Shown here one piece after another: positions 18,709-27,706 of a stretch of DNA of 64,000 nucleotides (positions within the stretch are counted from its first letter, which is position 1; every line of letters begins with the position of its first letter). The stretch covers positions 1,278 to 65,277 of the forward strand of contig CAYVFE010000001.1 of NCBI GenBank assembly GCA_964450885.1, given 5' to 3'. The position numbers and the translations under genes were made by a program. The notes below the pieces were generated by a model that worked only from the letters and a program-made list of their open reading frames with translations, did no database searches and had not been told where the DNA came from. The DNA is from an uncultured Gammaproteobacteria bacterium. Lineage in GTDB: Bacteria; Patescibacteriota; Microgenomatia; Levybacterales; GWA1-39-11.

Positions 18709-20270
18709 TTTATTTGTGGCCCCAACCCTGCTTTTTCAAGCAAATCTCCCAGTAAAAGACCGTCTACCCAACCTGTTTCTCCGTTTTCCTTCATCACCAG
18801 ATACATCTTTGTCATAAGTCCGGTCTGGAGATTCATTTCCTCCTGCGAGGTATTTATTATTCTTACCCTCTCGTTATTCAAAACGACCACGAGCTCATTT
18901 TCTCCGTCTAAGGGATCCTTATTAAAATCGGGAGAACTTCTGAGTATGATGCCATTTTGAAGTGAATTTGGCTTGCTTATCGAAAAAACATCTCCTATCT
19001 CAGGTCTAAAAGGCATTCCATTATATAGATATTCCTCTCCATTAAATAGTTCGCGCATGAATTCATATTTGCGCTTTAAAAACTCGTATTCGGGACTCTG
19101 AGCCAAAAACTCAGCCTTTATCTTATCGCGGAATTCTTTGCCCCTCGTAAAGTACCATTCAAAGACTGTCGCATAGTCCTCTTTATTATTTGTGTTTCCG
19201 TACTCTTCGGTAAATTGAGAAAGCCCTGTCACCATTCCTCTTGCTGTAATCGCATCTTCGACTCCTGTAATCTTAAAGTCATAAGCTCCCTGACTAAAAG
19301 CCTCATTCTCATCTGCTTGATTGTGCCCCACTTCGTGAACCGACGTGCCGCTTCCTTCATCGCCTGTTATCAGAATTCTATTTTGGGAGGATATGTATTT
19401 TCCTATCGCGGTGTCGTGCCCAAATTGCTGCACATAATCAATCTCCTCAGGCATTACGTATCCTAGCGAGTCCATCTTTTGGAGAATTCTTGAGAGATTG
19501 AGCATCCCCTCGGATTGCAGGAAGGCAAAAGCATCTTCTTTAACTTCGATATCAAGATCTCGATTATTCGCAAGCCACAAAATGTCATCCGTCCTTTCTC
19601 CTTTATCGGCTGGCTTTTCCTTAAAGTCCTTCAGTTCGTATTGGATAATCTGATCCAAAATAACAAGATCTGTTGTATTTCCTAAGCTAAAAGGTCTACT
19701 TTCCGGAATTTCAACCAATCCCTGTTGCGCATTTATCCTGATATCAGCTCTACCCAGATAGCTTTGTAGGATGTTTATCCCGAATATTACGCTCTCGTAT
19801 CTCTCTTGCTTGACTTGAGATATCGCATCCAAAGACCCGTCTGTAAATAATTCATACCGTGCAAAATTGATAAAACCATCACGCTGCTGCGTATATGAAT
19901 CCAGAACCCTGTCTCTAGTCTCTACGTCGGTCAAACCATCCTTACTCCTGTCCTGATGGAACTCAGCCACCCTATCGAGCTCACTTCCGTTTTCTATTGG
20001 TACTATCGGGAATGATCCGACGATTTCCGAATCTAAAATCTCACTAATATCAGGCAAATTTATGATGCTGTTTTCGTCTGGTGTTTCGGGACGAACCGAA
20101 TCAGATGCCACAAGTCCGGTCACAATAAGTCCTAATGATAATCCTGCAACCCTATCCCTCCATGTAGTTTTCGACCTTCCAACATGGACAACGGAATATT
20201 CACGATTGCCTCTTTTTATCGATCCTACCTCTACACTATCTTCGCCAATTACATTCTCTCCTTCTTTCAT
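18705..20270 (-). CDS. Membrane-anchored zincin-like metallopeptidase with C-terminal SH3-like domain
   Basis: N-terminal TM; HEVGH; YGNTNNKEDYA third-ligand motif; GETGWVDG. Confidence 0.65.
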   Translation of the reverse strand: MKEGENVIGEDSVEVGSIKRGNREYSVVHVGRSKTTWRDRVAGLSLGLIVTGLVASDSVRPETPDENSIINLPDISEILDSEIVGSFPIVPIENGSELDRVAEFHQDRSKDGLTDVETRDRVLDSYTQQRDGFINFARYELFTDGSLDAISQVKQERYESVIFGINILQSYLGRADIRINAQQGLVEIPESRPFSLGNTTDLVILDQIIQYELKDFKEKPADKGERTDDILWLANNRDLDIEVKEDAFAFLQSEGMLNLSRILQKMDSLGYVMPEEIDYVQQFGHDTAIGKYISSQNRILITGDEGSGTSVHEVGHNQADENEAFSQGAYDFKITGVEDAITARGMVTGLSQFTEEYGNTNNKEDYATVFEWYFTRGKEFRDKIKAEFLAQSPEYEFLKRKYEFMRELFNGEEYLYNGMPFRPEIGDVFSISKPNSLQNGIILRSSPDFNKDPLDGENELVVVLNNERVRIINTSQEEMNLQTGLMTKMYLVMKENGETGWVDGLLLGDLLEKAGLGPQIN

Positions 20271-20357
20271 GATTTAGTTGCAATATTATAATCTAGAGGA
20301 TGAAAATAACAAAGGTCAATTTGTACTTTCACTATTTATTTTCGTATAATAATCAAT

Positions 20358-20639
20358 ATGACAAGCAAAGCGAAAGAGAAGAAGAAACTTCATATAGAAA
20401 TTGTGCGACAGATGCTAACTCTGGCAACGGCCGGATTCGGGCTCGTCGCAGCTCTCGCCTGGAATAGTCTTATACAAGCCTTTGTAGCAGATTACATCCA
20501 GAAATGGCTCCCTGAAGGTGGACAACTCACCTCTCTTGCGATATACGCCATCGTCGTAACAGTTCTTGCAGTAATGGTCACGCTCCAGCTTTCAAAGCTT
20601 TTAGGAAGACTCGAGAAAGAAAAAGACGACACGAAATAA
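20358..20639 (+). CDS. Small 2-TM protein (DUF5654-like)
   Basis: LATAGFGLVAALAWN..YAIVVT. Confidence 0.75.
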   Translation: MTSKAKEKKKLHIEIVRQMLTLATAGFGLVAALAWNSLIQAFVADYIQKWLPEGGQLTSLAIYAIVVTVLAVMVTLQLSKLLGRLEKEKDDTK

Positions 20640-20677
20640 ACCCGCGCCCTATTGCTCCCTGCTTTATAATGTGAGAG

Positions 20678-21721
20678 ATGAAAATACTATCGCTTTCACT
20701 AAATACTTTCCGTAACCACAAGAAACGTAAATTCTCTTTCGCACAGGTTACTATTTTTATAGGGAAAAACACCAGCGGAAAAACCTCTATTCTTGAGGCT
20801 ATAACCTTTCTTTCCCACGGAAAGAGCTTCAAGGCAGAAAAGGATTTTGATGTCATATCGGAAGGCTCTGATTTTTCCAGAATCGAAGGCGAAATTAGAG
20901 AAGAACAAGACAGTAAAAAACTTGCTGTTATAGTAGCGCTTCTCAATGAAAGAGCATCTAAAAAATATCTCGTGAATAATGTTTCACGTCGCCAAAATGA
21001 CTTCATCTCTAACCTTCTGACTGTACTTTTCACGCCAGAGGACCTGGAGATAATAAATGACTCACCATCTGTGAGACGGGGTTACCTAAATTCTGTCCTA
21101 GTTCAATCCGAAAGAGAATACAGATTGGCACTTAATATTTACGAAAAGGCTCTCAAACGCCGGAACCGCATGCTCTATCTCACTCGCGAAGGTAAAAAGT
21201 TTTTTACAAGTGATGAATTCGAATACTGGGACAATCTAGTTATAGAAAATGGACAGACAGTAACTCGCTTTCGGCAGGAGTTTATCGATTATGTAAATAA
21301 CTCAAAAAAAGAGATATTTGAACTTAGCATAAGATATGACAAAAGCACTATCTCAAGAGCGAGACTCGATCAGTACAAAGAGGCAGAAATGGCTTCTGCC
21401 AAGACTCTGGTCGGACCTCAAAGAGATGAAATAATCTTTGAAAATATAGACGGAAAGTCTATCAAAGAGTTTGGCTCGCGAGGCGAACAACGCCTCACAG
21501 TATTTCAGACAAAACTGATAGAAACTCTCTTCATAATAGAAAAAACGAATCAGACTCCAGTGCTGCTTCTTGATGACATCTTCTCGGAGCTTGATGAAGG
21601 AAATATTGTAAAAGTATTAGACCTACTCCCCCACCATCAAGTAATTATCACAACCACCCATGAAGAATTCATCCCTAAACGATTTGAGAATAAAGAAGGA
21701 GTTAGTATTATTGAATTATAA
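20678..21721 (+). CDS. recF: DNA replication/repair protein RecF
   Basis: GKNTSGKTSILEA, GPQRD, GSRGEQR, LLLDDIFSELD. Confidence 0.92.
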   Translation: MKILSLSLNTFRNHKKRKFSFAQVTIFIGKNTSGKTSILEAITFLSHGKSFKAEKDFDVISEGSDFSRIEGEIREEQDSKKLAVIVALLNERASKKYLVNNVSRRQNDFISNLLTVLFTPEDLEIINDSPSVRRGYLNSVLVQSEREYRLALNIYEKALKRRNRMLYLTREGKKFFTSDEFEYWDNLVIENGQTVTRFRQEFIDYVNNSKKEIFELSIRYDKSTISRARLDQYKEAEMASAKTLVGPQRDEIIFENIDGKSIKEFGSRGEQRLTVFQTKLIETLFIIEKTNQTPVLLLDDIFSELDEGNIVKVLDLLPHHQVIITTTHEEFIPKRFENKEGVSIIEL

Positions 21722-22538
21722 GCTCCTTCATAACCGTTGGTATTTCGTCCGCGAGATCTGAGGCATTGAAATAATATCCTACTCGTTCAAACAAGCTCTC
21801 TCCTGCCTTTTTATTTATATAAGAACTTGCGGTTGCCGATAGAACCGCATCATTTTTCGTATACAAGGCTGCTACTAGCCCGGCCAGCACGTCACCTGTC
21901 CCACCTTTTGTCATACCGGAATTTCCACCCTCGATTCTAACTGCATCCTCTGGAGAACAAACAATATCCTCTTCTCCTTTTAAAAGGATTACGCAATGGT
22001 ACTCCTTTGCCATCTCGCGCGCTGCTTCGGCTGATGCGTCGATTCCAAAAAGTGTCTTGAATTCTTTTATGTGTGGGGTCAGTATGGGCATAGTTTTTAG
22101 CTCCAGTAAGACCTCAGGGGAAATCGTCTGGAGTCCTCCGCCATCTATAACCCATTTTTTCGCTGGATATTTTTTAAGTAGCTTCTCGGTTAGATGCTTT
22201 GTGTCGTCATCACCCGTTTCAAGGCCATCCTCTCGAGGAAGGCCTGGACCGATGAGCACCACATCTGCCTCATTTATATAATCCTCTATTTTATCTCTTG
22301 GAACAATTATCCCATTCCTGAATTCCTCTTTTGCCTTCTGGACTATTTCGTTGTTCTCAGTAACAGACGAATAAAACGTCATGTCAACGATCCTACTTAT
22401 AATAGTTAGAGACCAAAGGGATGCTGCGTGAAAGAGCTTTGACCCTCCGATGAGCATGACAGAACCGTTTTGAGGCTTGTGGGCATCTTTAGGAGGGGTG
22501 TACAAATTTTTTAGGGTTTCAGGGTCAAATGACCTCAT
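21708..22538 (-). CDS. nnrD: ADP-dependent NAD(P)H-hydrate dehydratase
   Basis: IGPGL, LTPHIKEF, LKG, GGTGDVLAG. Confidence 0.85.
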   Translation of the reverse strand: MRSFDPETLKNLYTPPKDAHKPQNGSVMLIGGSKLFHAASLWSLTIISRIVDMTFYSSVTENNEIVQKAKEEFRNGIIVPRDKIEDYINEADVVLIGPGLPREDGLETGDDDTKHLTEKLLKKYPAKKWVIDGGGLQTISPEVLLELKTMPILTPHIKEFKTLFGIDASAEAAREMAKEYHCVILLKGEEDIVCSPEDAVRIEGGNSGMTKGGTGDVLAGLVAALYTKNDAVLSATASSYINKKAGESLFERVGYYFNASDLADEIPTVMKELIIQ

Positions 22539-22541
22539 ATA

Positions 22542-23255
22542 TTATTTGTCTGGCGCGATAACCGTACCGACAAATTTTTCTCCATCGATACATTTTCTCA
22601 GGTTGGCAATATTCGTTCCTTCTAAGATTATAACCTTCAATCCGAGCTCCTGAGCTCTTTTTGCCGCTATCGGATCGAATGGGACATTTAGCCCTGGTGC
22701 CCATGTGTCCCCCACGATTTTTCTAAAATCTGACCAGGTAGTATTTTTTATGGGTTTTGCATCCTTGAACTCTTTCGGGTCCTTATCATAGACCATCTTT
22801 ATATTGCTCATGTTGATGACCTCATCTACACGATAGTCCTCAGCCATGAGAGTCGCACAAAAATCCGTAGACCACCCCGGCTTCCATCCGCTTCCCACAA
22901 CAACGGGTTCTGTTACCTTACGTATGATTTCGTAGTGCTTTAGTACATATTGATGCGCAATATCCCGAAAAATAGTTCTTATGAGGTGCGCATTCATCTT
23001 GGTCGCATGAATTCCCAACCAGTCTAAATCGTCAGGAGATAGCTCGTGACCCACAACGCTTCTACCGGAATCCCTATAATGTCTTGCTATTACTCCACCC
23101 CCTACGACAATAAAAAACTGGCGATTTGGGTTCTTCGCCAGTTCCTCTCTGATGAATTTATTGAAACGTTTAAGAAAATCTACATCTACACCGCCGTTGG
23201 GATAAACCAGCGACCCTCCTAATGACATTACTATTTTATCTTTTGTATCACCCAT
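22542..23255 (-). CDS. pyrH: UMP kinase (archaeal-type)
   Basis: SLGGS, VVGGG, PGWSTD, VYDKDP, PFDPIAA. Confidence 0.88.
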   Translation of the reverse strand: MGDTKDKIVMSLGGSLVYPNGGVDVDFLKRFNKFIREELAKNPNRQFFIVVGGGVIARHYRDSGRSVVGHELSPDDLDWLGIHATKMNAHLIRTIFRDIAHQYVLKHYEIIRKVTEPVVVGSGWKPGWSTDFCATLMAEDYRVDEVINMSNIKMVYDKDPKEFKDAKPIKNTTWSDFRKIVGDTWAPGLNVPFDPIAAKRAQELGLKVIILEGTNIANLRKCIDGEKFVGTVIAPDK

Positions 23256-23439
23256 AACTTATCCCTAAAATAAACAGGCTATTTCAGCCTGTTTGTGGAT
23301 TTTTAAAATTTAGCACAAATAATTGTAAAGGCAAAAATCATTTTCACTGGGTATATTATACAAAATAAGCTTTAAGTTACAACCCAGCGTCAAAAATCCC
23401 TGCTTGACATTTATTCCCCTATTTGGTTTTATGTATTAT

Positions 23440-24201
23440 ATGGCAAAATCATCCGATTCAAACATTTCCTCAGTTTTCGCGAAGCCCTTTCAGCAGCTTA
23501 TGGTCCGATTTATGTATATAGCACTTTTGGTCGCATTCCTCGTAATAGGATATCTTTTCGGTCAACTTCAGGCAGCAAATGGCGGAGGCGGTGCACTTCT
23601 AGGCAATAATCAACCAGCAGCTCCTGATGCTGGTGCAGTCGCACCTCCAGGCTCTGGAGAACCGATTGTTGCTGATGTAGAAATCGGACACCTACCTGTA
23701 AAAGGTGATGAGAATGCACCTGTCACGATTGTTGAGTTTTCTGATTTTGAATGTCCTTTCTGCGGCCAATTCTATAGCAATACATTGAGTCAACTCGTTG
23801 AAGAATATGTCGATACGGGCAAAGCAAAGATCTATTATAGACATCTTCCACTAGACTTCCATCCACAGGCTCGTCCTGCAGCGCTTGCGTCAGAATGCGC
23901 TAATGAGCAAGACTCATTCTGGGAATATCACGATGTTCTATTTGATAACAACGCTACACTGGGAACAGCAACTACTGATAAGTATGTCGAGTGGGCAACT
24001 GGATTAGGACTAAATGAGGGACAGTTCAGAACCTGTCTTGAGAGCGAAAAATATGCTGAGAATGTTGACGGCGATAGCGCTGATGCAGCTGCAGCACAGG
24101 CAAATGGCACTCCAACATTCTATATAAACGGACAGCAATTAGTCGGAGCGCAGCCATTTGCCTCATTCCAAGCCATAATCGATGCTGAGCTTGAAAGCTA
24201 G
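23440..24201 (+). CDS. Membrane-anchored DsbA/thioredoxin-fold oxidoreductase
   Basis: N-terminal TM; EFSDFECPFC; GTPTFYING. Confidence 0.9.
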   Translation: MAKSSDSNISSVFAKPFQQLMVRFMYIALLVAFLVIGYLFGQLQAANGGGGALLGNNQPAAPDAGAVAPPGSGEPIVADVEIGHLPVKGDENAPVTIVEFSDFECPFCGQFYSNTLSQLVEEYVDTGKAKIYYRHLPLDFHPQARPAALASECANEQDSFWEYHDVLFDNNATLGTATTDKYVEWATGLGLNEGQFRTCLESEKYAENVDGDSADAAAAQANGTPTFYINGQQLVGAQPFASFQAIIDAELES

Positions 24202-24241
24202 CCTCCTCTCTTTTTTCCCAAAAAGACTATATAATTAAAGT

Positions 24242-24769
24242 ATGAATTTTCGCATTGCTGCTGCAATCCTAAAACAAGAATTGCTTACTGTCAGATCGAT
24301 AATTCTCATACTGGCTCTCACCACCCTCTTTGTGTCTTTTTCTGCAGTTATTGTAAACCTCCCCTCCTTCATTTCATTTTTCTTCAATGACTATCTTTTT
24401 TTTACAAAGGCAAATGTTTTATGGTTGATTTTTATTGGTAGCTTCTCGGCTATATCTAGTATCGACATAGTGCTGGTTACAATCATGGGAGTCTTATTCG
24501 GAATCAATATGACTCTTCTTATCAATAAATATAATGCTTTAAAAAGGAGAGGAAATCTCAGGATTATGTTCGGAACCGGACTTATCTCAGTGTTTGCAGT
24601 GGGGTGTGCATCATGCGGGCTTTCGTTCGCATCCCTTATCGGCATCTCTGCAGTTATAGCAATTCTTCCATTTGGAGGTATCGAGCTTTATATTTTGGCG
24701 ATACTTATTCTTTTAATTTCACTTTTTTACAACCTAAAACAGCTCATTAAGGTATGTAAGATAGACTAA
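24242..24769 (+). CDS. Membrane protein with GCASCG (CxxC) motif
   Basis: Multiple TM helices; CxxC within a TM segment; C-terminal Cys. Confidence 0.75.
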   Translation: MNFRIAAAILKQELLTVRSIILILALTTLFVSFSAVIVNLPSFISFFFNDYLFFTKANVLWLIFIGSFSAISSIDIVLVTIMGVLFGINMTLLINKYNALKRRGNLRIMFGTGLISVFAVGCASCGLSFASLIGISAVIAILPFGGIELYILAILILLISLFYNLKQLIKVCKID

Positions 24770-24774
24770 ATCTA

Positions 24775-25638
24775 TTACTTTTGGCAATTTGGGCAGTAGA
24801 ATGTTCCGCGACCACCTAATTTTATGAATTCGATTTTAGTCTTACAATTTGGACATTCCCTTCCCTTCTTTCCATATACTAGACTGTATCTTTGGTAGCT
24901 TCCCTCGTTCCCGAGCACATTTACGTAGGATAGTTCTGAGGCGCCACCCTTTTCAAGACTTAATTTCATAACATCTATTACCGCTTCATAGAGATTTTTC
25001 ATTTCATCGTCAGTTAGACTCTTTGCGCTTCTGCCAGGATCAATATTTGCCTTAAATAACGCGTCATTTGCATAAATATTGCCTATCCCCCCGATCCTGC
25101 TTTGATCCATAATAAGAGGCTTTATTTTCGTATTCTTACCACTTATGATTTCTCTAAACATCTCTAGGGTCAGCTCTTTCTCGTGCGAACCTTTTGAAAT
25201 CGGTGGCTCGGGCCCGACAGTTTTGAAAAAGGGCAAATCCATAACATCTTTCGTTCTGACAACTTTTATCCATCCAAAACGTCGTTGGTCATTATAATAA
25301 AGCTTTGCGCCATGATCGAGCTCAAATATTACATGGGTAAAGTTGTTTGGAATGCTGCCTACCTTCGTCTTGGAGATTTCTATATCCTCCGTTTCTTTCC
25401 CGCGATAGATAAGTTGCCCTGTCATCTTTATGTGGATTGCCAGGGAATAGTCGTTGGACAAATTTAGAATAAGGCCTTTCCCCAGACGCCTTACGCCTGT
25501 AATTCTTGCACCGATCACATTCTTCCTTTCTCCAGTAAAGATCCTGGGCGCTTTCACTTCGATATCCAGGATTTTGTGGCCGACGACATATTTATCCAGC
25601 CCGCGGCGGATTGTTTCGACCTCCGGCAACTCAGGCAT
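24775..25638 (-). CDS. mutM: Formamidopyrimidine-DNA glycosylase
   Basis: MPELPEVE, HIKMTG, GIGNIYA, CPNC..CPNCQ zinc finger. Confidence 0.95.
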   Translation of the reverse strand: MPELPEVETIRRGLDKYVVGHKILDIEVKAPRIFTGERKNVIGARITGVRRLGKGLILNLSNDYSLAIHIKMTGQLIYRGKETEDIEISKTKVGSIPNNFTHVIFELDHGAKLYYNDQRRFGWIKVVRTKDVMDLPFFKTVGPEPPISKGSHEKELTLEMFREIISGKNTKIKPLIMDQSRIGGIGNIYANDALFKANIDPGRSAKSLTDDEMKNLYEAVIDVMKLSLEKGGASELSYVNVLGNEGSYQRYSLVYGKKGRECPNCKTKIEFIKLGGRGTFYCPNCQK

Positions 25639-26719
25639 TTACTACCTCCTTAAATCCCAGACCAAATTCTTTTGCGGAGAACTTCTCAGCCTGGCTGCGG
25701 CATATCTTGGGGTCAAATTTCATAGTACCAAACTTTTTTATAGCCTTGTTCAGATTTTCAGGTGTATTTTTACCATAAAATAATCCTGTCTTTCCCTCTA
25801 CTATGGTCTCTTTTACTCCGCCGCTTTCGTACGCTATAACCGGTGTTCCCGCGCCCATACTCTCGACTGGAGTTATCCCGAAATCTTCGTCATAAGACGC
25901 GAATATAAAAGCTTTTGCTTTTCTCATAAGCTCGAATTTGTTGTCATCATCCACTTCCCCAACAAACTCGATGTTATCCTTTGCCATCTCTCGCAGTTCC
26001 TGCTCAAATCCTGCAAATCCTTTCCCGAATATCTTCAAATGCTTGCCGTTTTTATTGAACGCTTTTATGATGACATCCGTCCCTTTTGCCCGTGCCATAC
26101 GCCCTCCCGTGAGGTAATATTCCTCCTTGCGGCTAACTTTCGGACTCGGGATATTTACCGGAGGGTAAATAACTACTGCATCTCTGCGATAGAACTTCTC
26201 TATGCGCCCACGCACCTCCTGAGAATTTGCGATGAATTGATCGACGTTCTGGGAAGATCTAAAATCAACCATCCTAAGAAAATGATTTGCGATCATAGCA
26301 AGGGAGTAGACAAGCTTGTTCTTGGTCAAATCACGCGCAGTCTTGTAGCCATAAAGGTATCTAGGAGGGGTATGAGTGTAGGAGACCAACTTTGCGCCTT
26401 TTTTATTCAAGCTATTGGGGAAATACGCGCCCGTCTGGCTAACTATTATCAGATCGAAGCCTGCAAAATCAAAGCTTTTGAAGGCAAAATTCGAGATCAG
26501 ACGCATAGGAGAGATTAGCTTTGCCTTAAATGGAACATATTGAAGAAATGATGTATGGATATCGTACTTTTCAAATCGCCTGCGGTGTGGGCCTAAATAC
26601 TTGGGCAGAAAAACGGTCGTATAAATTTCTGCTTTAGGAAATATTTTAACAAGCTCCTCAAGCACCCTCTCTGCTCCACCGTATTCTTTGATATAGTCAT
26701 GGACTATGGCTATTTTCAT
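25631..26719 (-). CDS. Glycosyltransferase family 4
   Basis: GGAERV, HTPPRYLY, EDFGITPVESMGAG. Confidence 0.9.
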   Translation of the reverse strand: MKIAIVHDYIKEYGGAERVLEELVKIFPKAEIYTTVFLPKYLGPHRRRFEKYDIHTSFLQYVPFKAKLISPMRLISNFAFKSFDFAGFDLIIVSQTGAYFPNSLNKKGAKLVSYTHTPPRYLYGYKTARDLTKNKLVYSLAMIANHFLRMVDFRSSQNVDQFIANSQEVRGRIEKFYRRDAVVIYPPVNIPSPKVSRKEEYYLTGGRMARAKGTDVIIKAFNKNGKHLKIFGKGFAGFEQELREMAKDNIEFVGEVDDDNKFELMRKAKAFIFASYDEDFGITPVESMGAGTPVIAYESGGVKETIVEGKTGLFYGKNTPENLNKAIKKFGTMKFDPKICRSQAEKFSAKEFGLGFKEVVNA

Positions 26720-27660
26720 ATCAGCTTCATCTGCTCTGCTTTCTTCTGCTGTTTTGTCTTCTCGATTCTCCCAAAAACTTCATCAACGCGTTTGGGAAGA
26801 GTTTTAAAGTCATATTTCTCGAATGCTTTTTTTAACCCATCTATGTCAATTTTTTTAAAATCCATGTCGGAAAAATCATGGGAAAATGGAACATCTGTGA
26901 GGATTTTGGCAAGGGTCTTGGCCAAAACAGCTGCTTCTGCACCATTTGTTAACTTATCCGCAAGACCTTTTTTCTTTGAAGCGATATCACCAAGATTTTT
27001 ATAGATTTCCTCGATAGTTCCATATTCATTTATAAGTGTTGAGGCTGTCTTGGGACCAACTCCAGCCACTCCGGGATAGTTATCACTGCTGTCCCCCATA
27101 AGCCCCTTCAAATCCACGAACTGCGATGGAGAAATACCGTATTTTTCCCGCACTTTATCCGCATCAAATATCATAACCTCCGAAATACCCTTTACTGGGG
27201 CTATAATTTTTACTTTATTGTTAATAAGCTGGAGCATATCGCGATCTCCAGTCACAATATACGCCACTCCGCCTAGATCCTTTGCTTCATAAGCGAGGGT
27301 TCCTATTATGTCATCAGCCTCATAACCGTCAACCGCATAGCTGCAAATCTTTGCTTTTTGGAGAATCTCGATTATGATCTCGAATTGAGATGATAGTTCT
27401 GACTCCATCTTCGGCCTTTGAGCCTGATATCCTGCGTACATCTGTTGGCGAAAAGTAGGCTTGGGTCTGTCAAATGCTATCGCGATATGCGCGGGACGAA
27501 GATTTTCGATCATCTTAAAGGTCATCGCGAAAAAACCATGGACTGCGCCGGTTTGATTTCCTTTACTGGAGCTAAAATGAGGCAACGCGTGATACGCGCG
27601 GTGGACTATGGCTGACCCGTCAACGAGCATAAAGATGTCTTTATTTAGGTCTTCTTGCAT
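26716..27660 (-). CDS. Stand-alone PolI-type 5'-3' exonuclease (flap endonuclease)
   Basis: VDGSAIVHRAYHA, YEADDIIG, TGDRD, GDSSDNYPGVAGVGPKTA; no polymerase domain. Confidence 0.9.
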   Translation of the reverse strand: MQEDLNKDIFMLVDGSAIVHRAYHALPHFSSSKGNQTGAVHGFFAMTFKMIENLRPAHIAIAFDRPKPTFRQQMYAGYQAQRPKMESELSSQFEIIIEILQKAKICSYAVDGYEADDIIGTLAYEAKDLGGVAYIVTGDRDMLQLINNKVKIIAPVKGISEVMIFDADKVREKYGISPSQFVDLKGLMGDSSDNYPGVAGVGPKTASTLINEYGTIEEIYKNLGDIASKKKGLADKLTNGAEAAVLAKTLAKILTDVPFSHDFSDMDFKKIDIDGLKKAFEKYDFKTLPKRVDEVFGRIEKTKQQKKAEQMKLI

Positions 27661-27706
27661 TTAGCTATTATACATCAGTTAACTTTCTGTATCGCTGATA
27701 CTGAGG

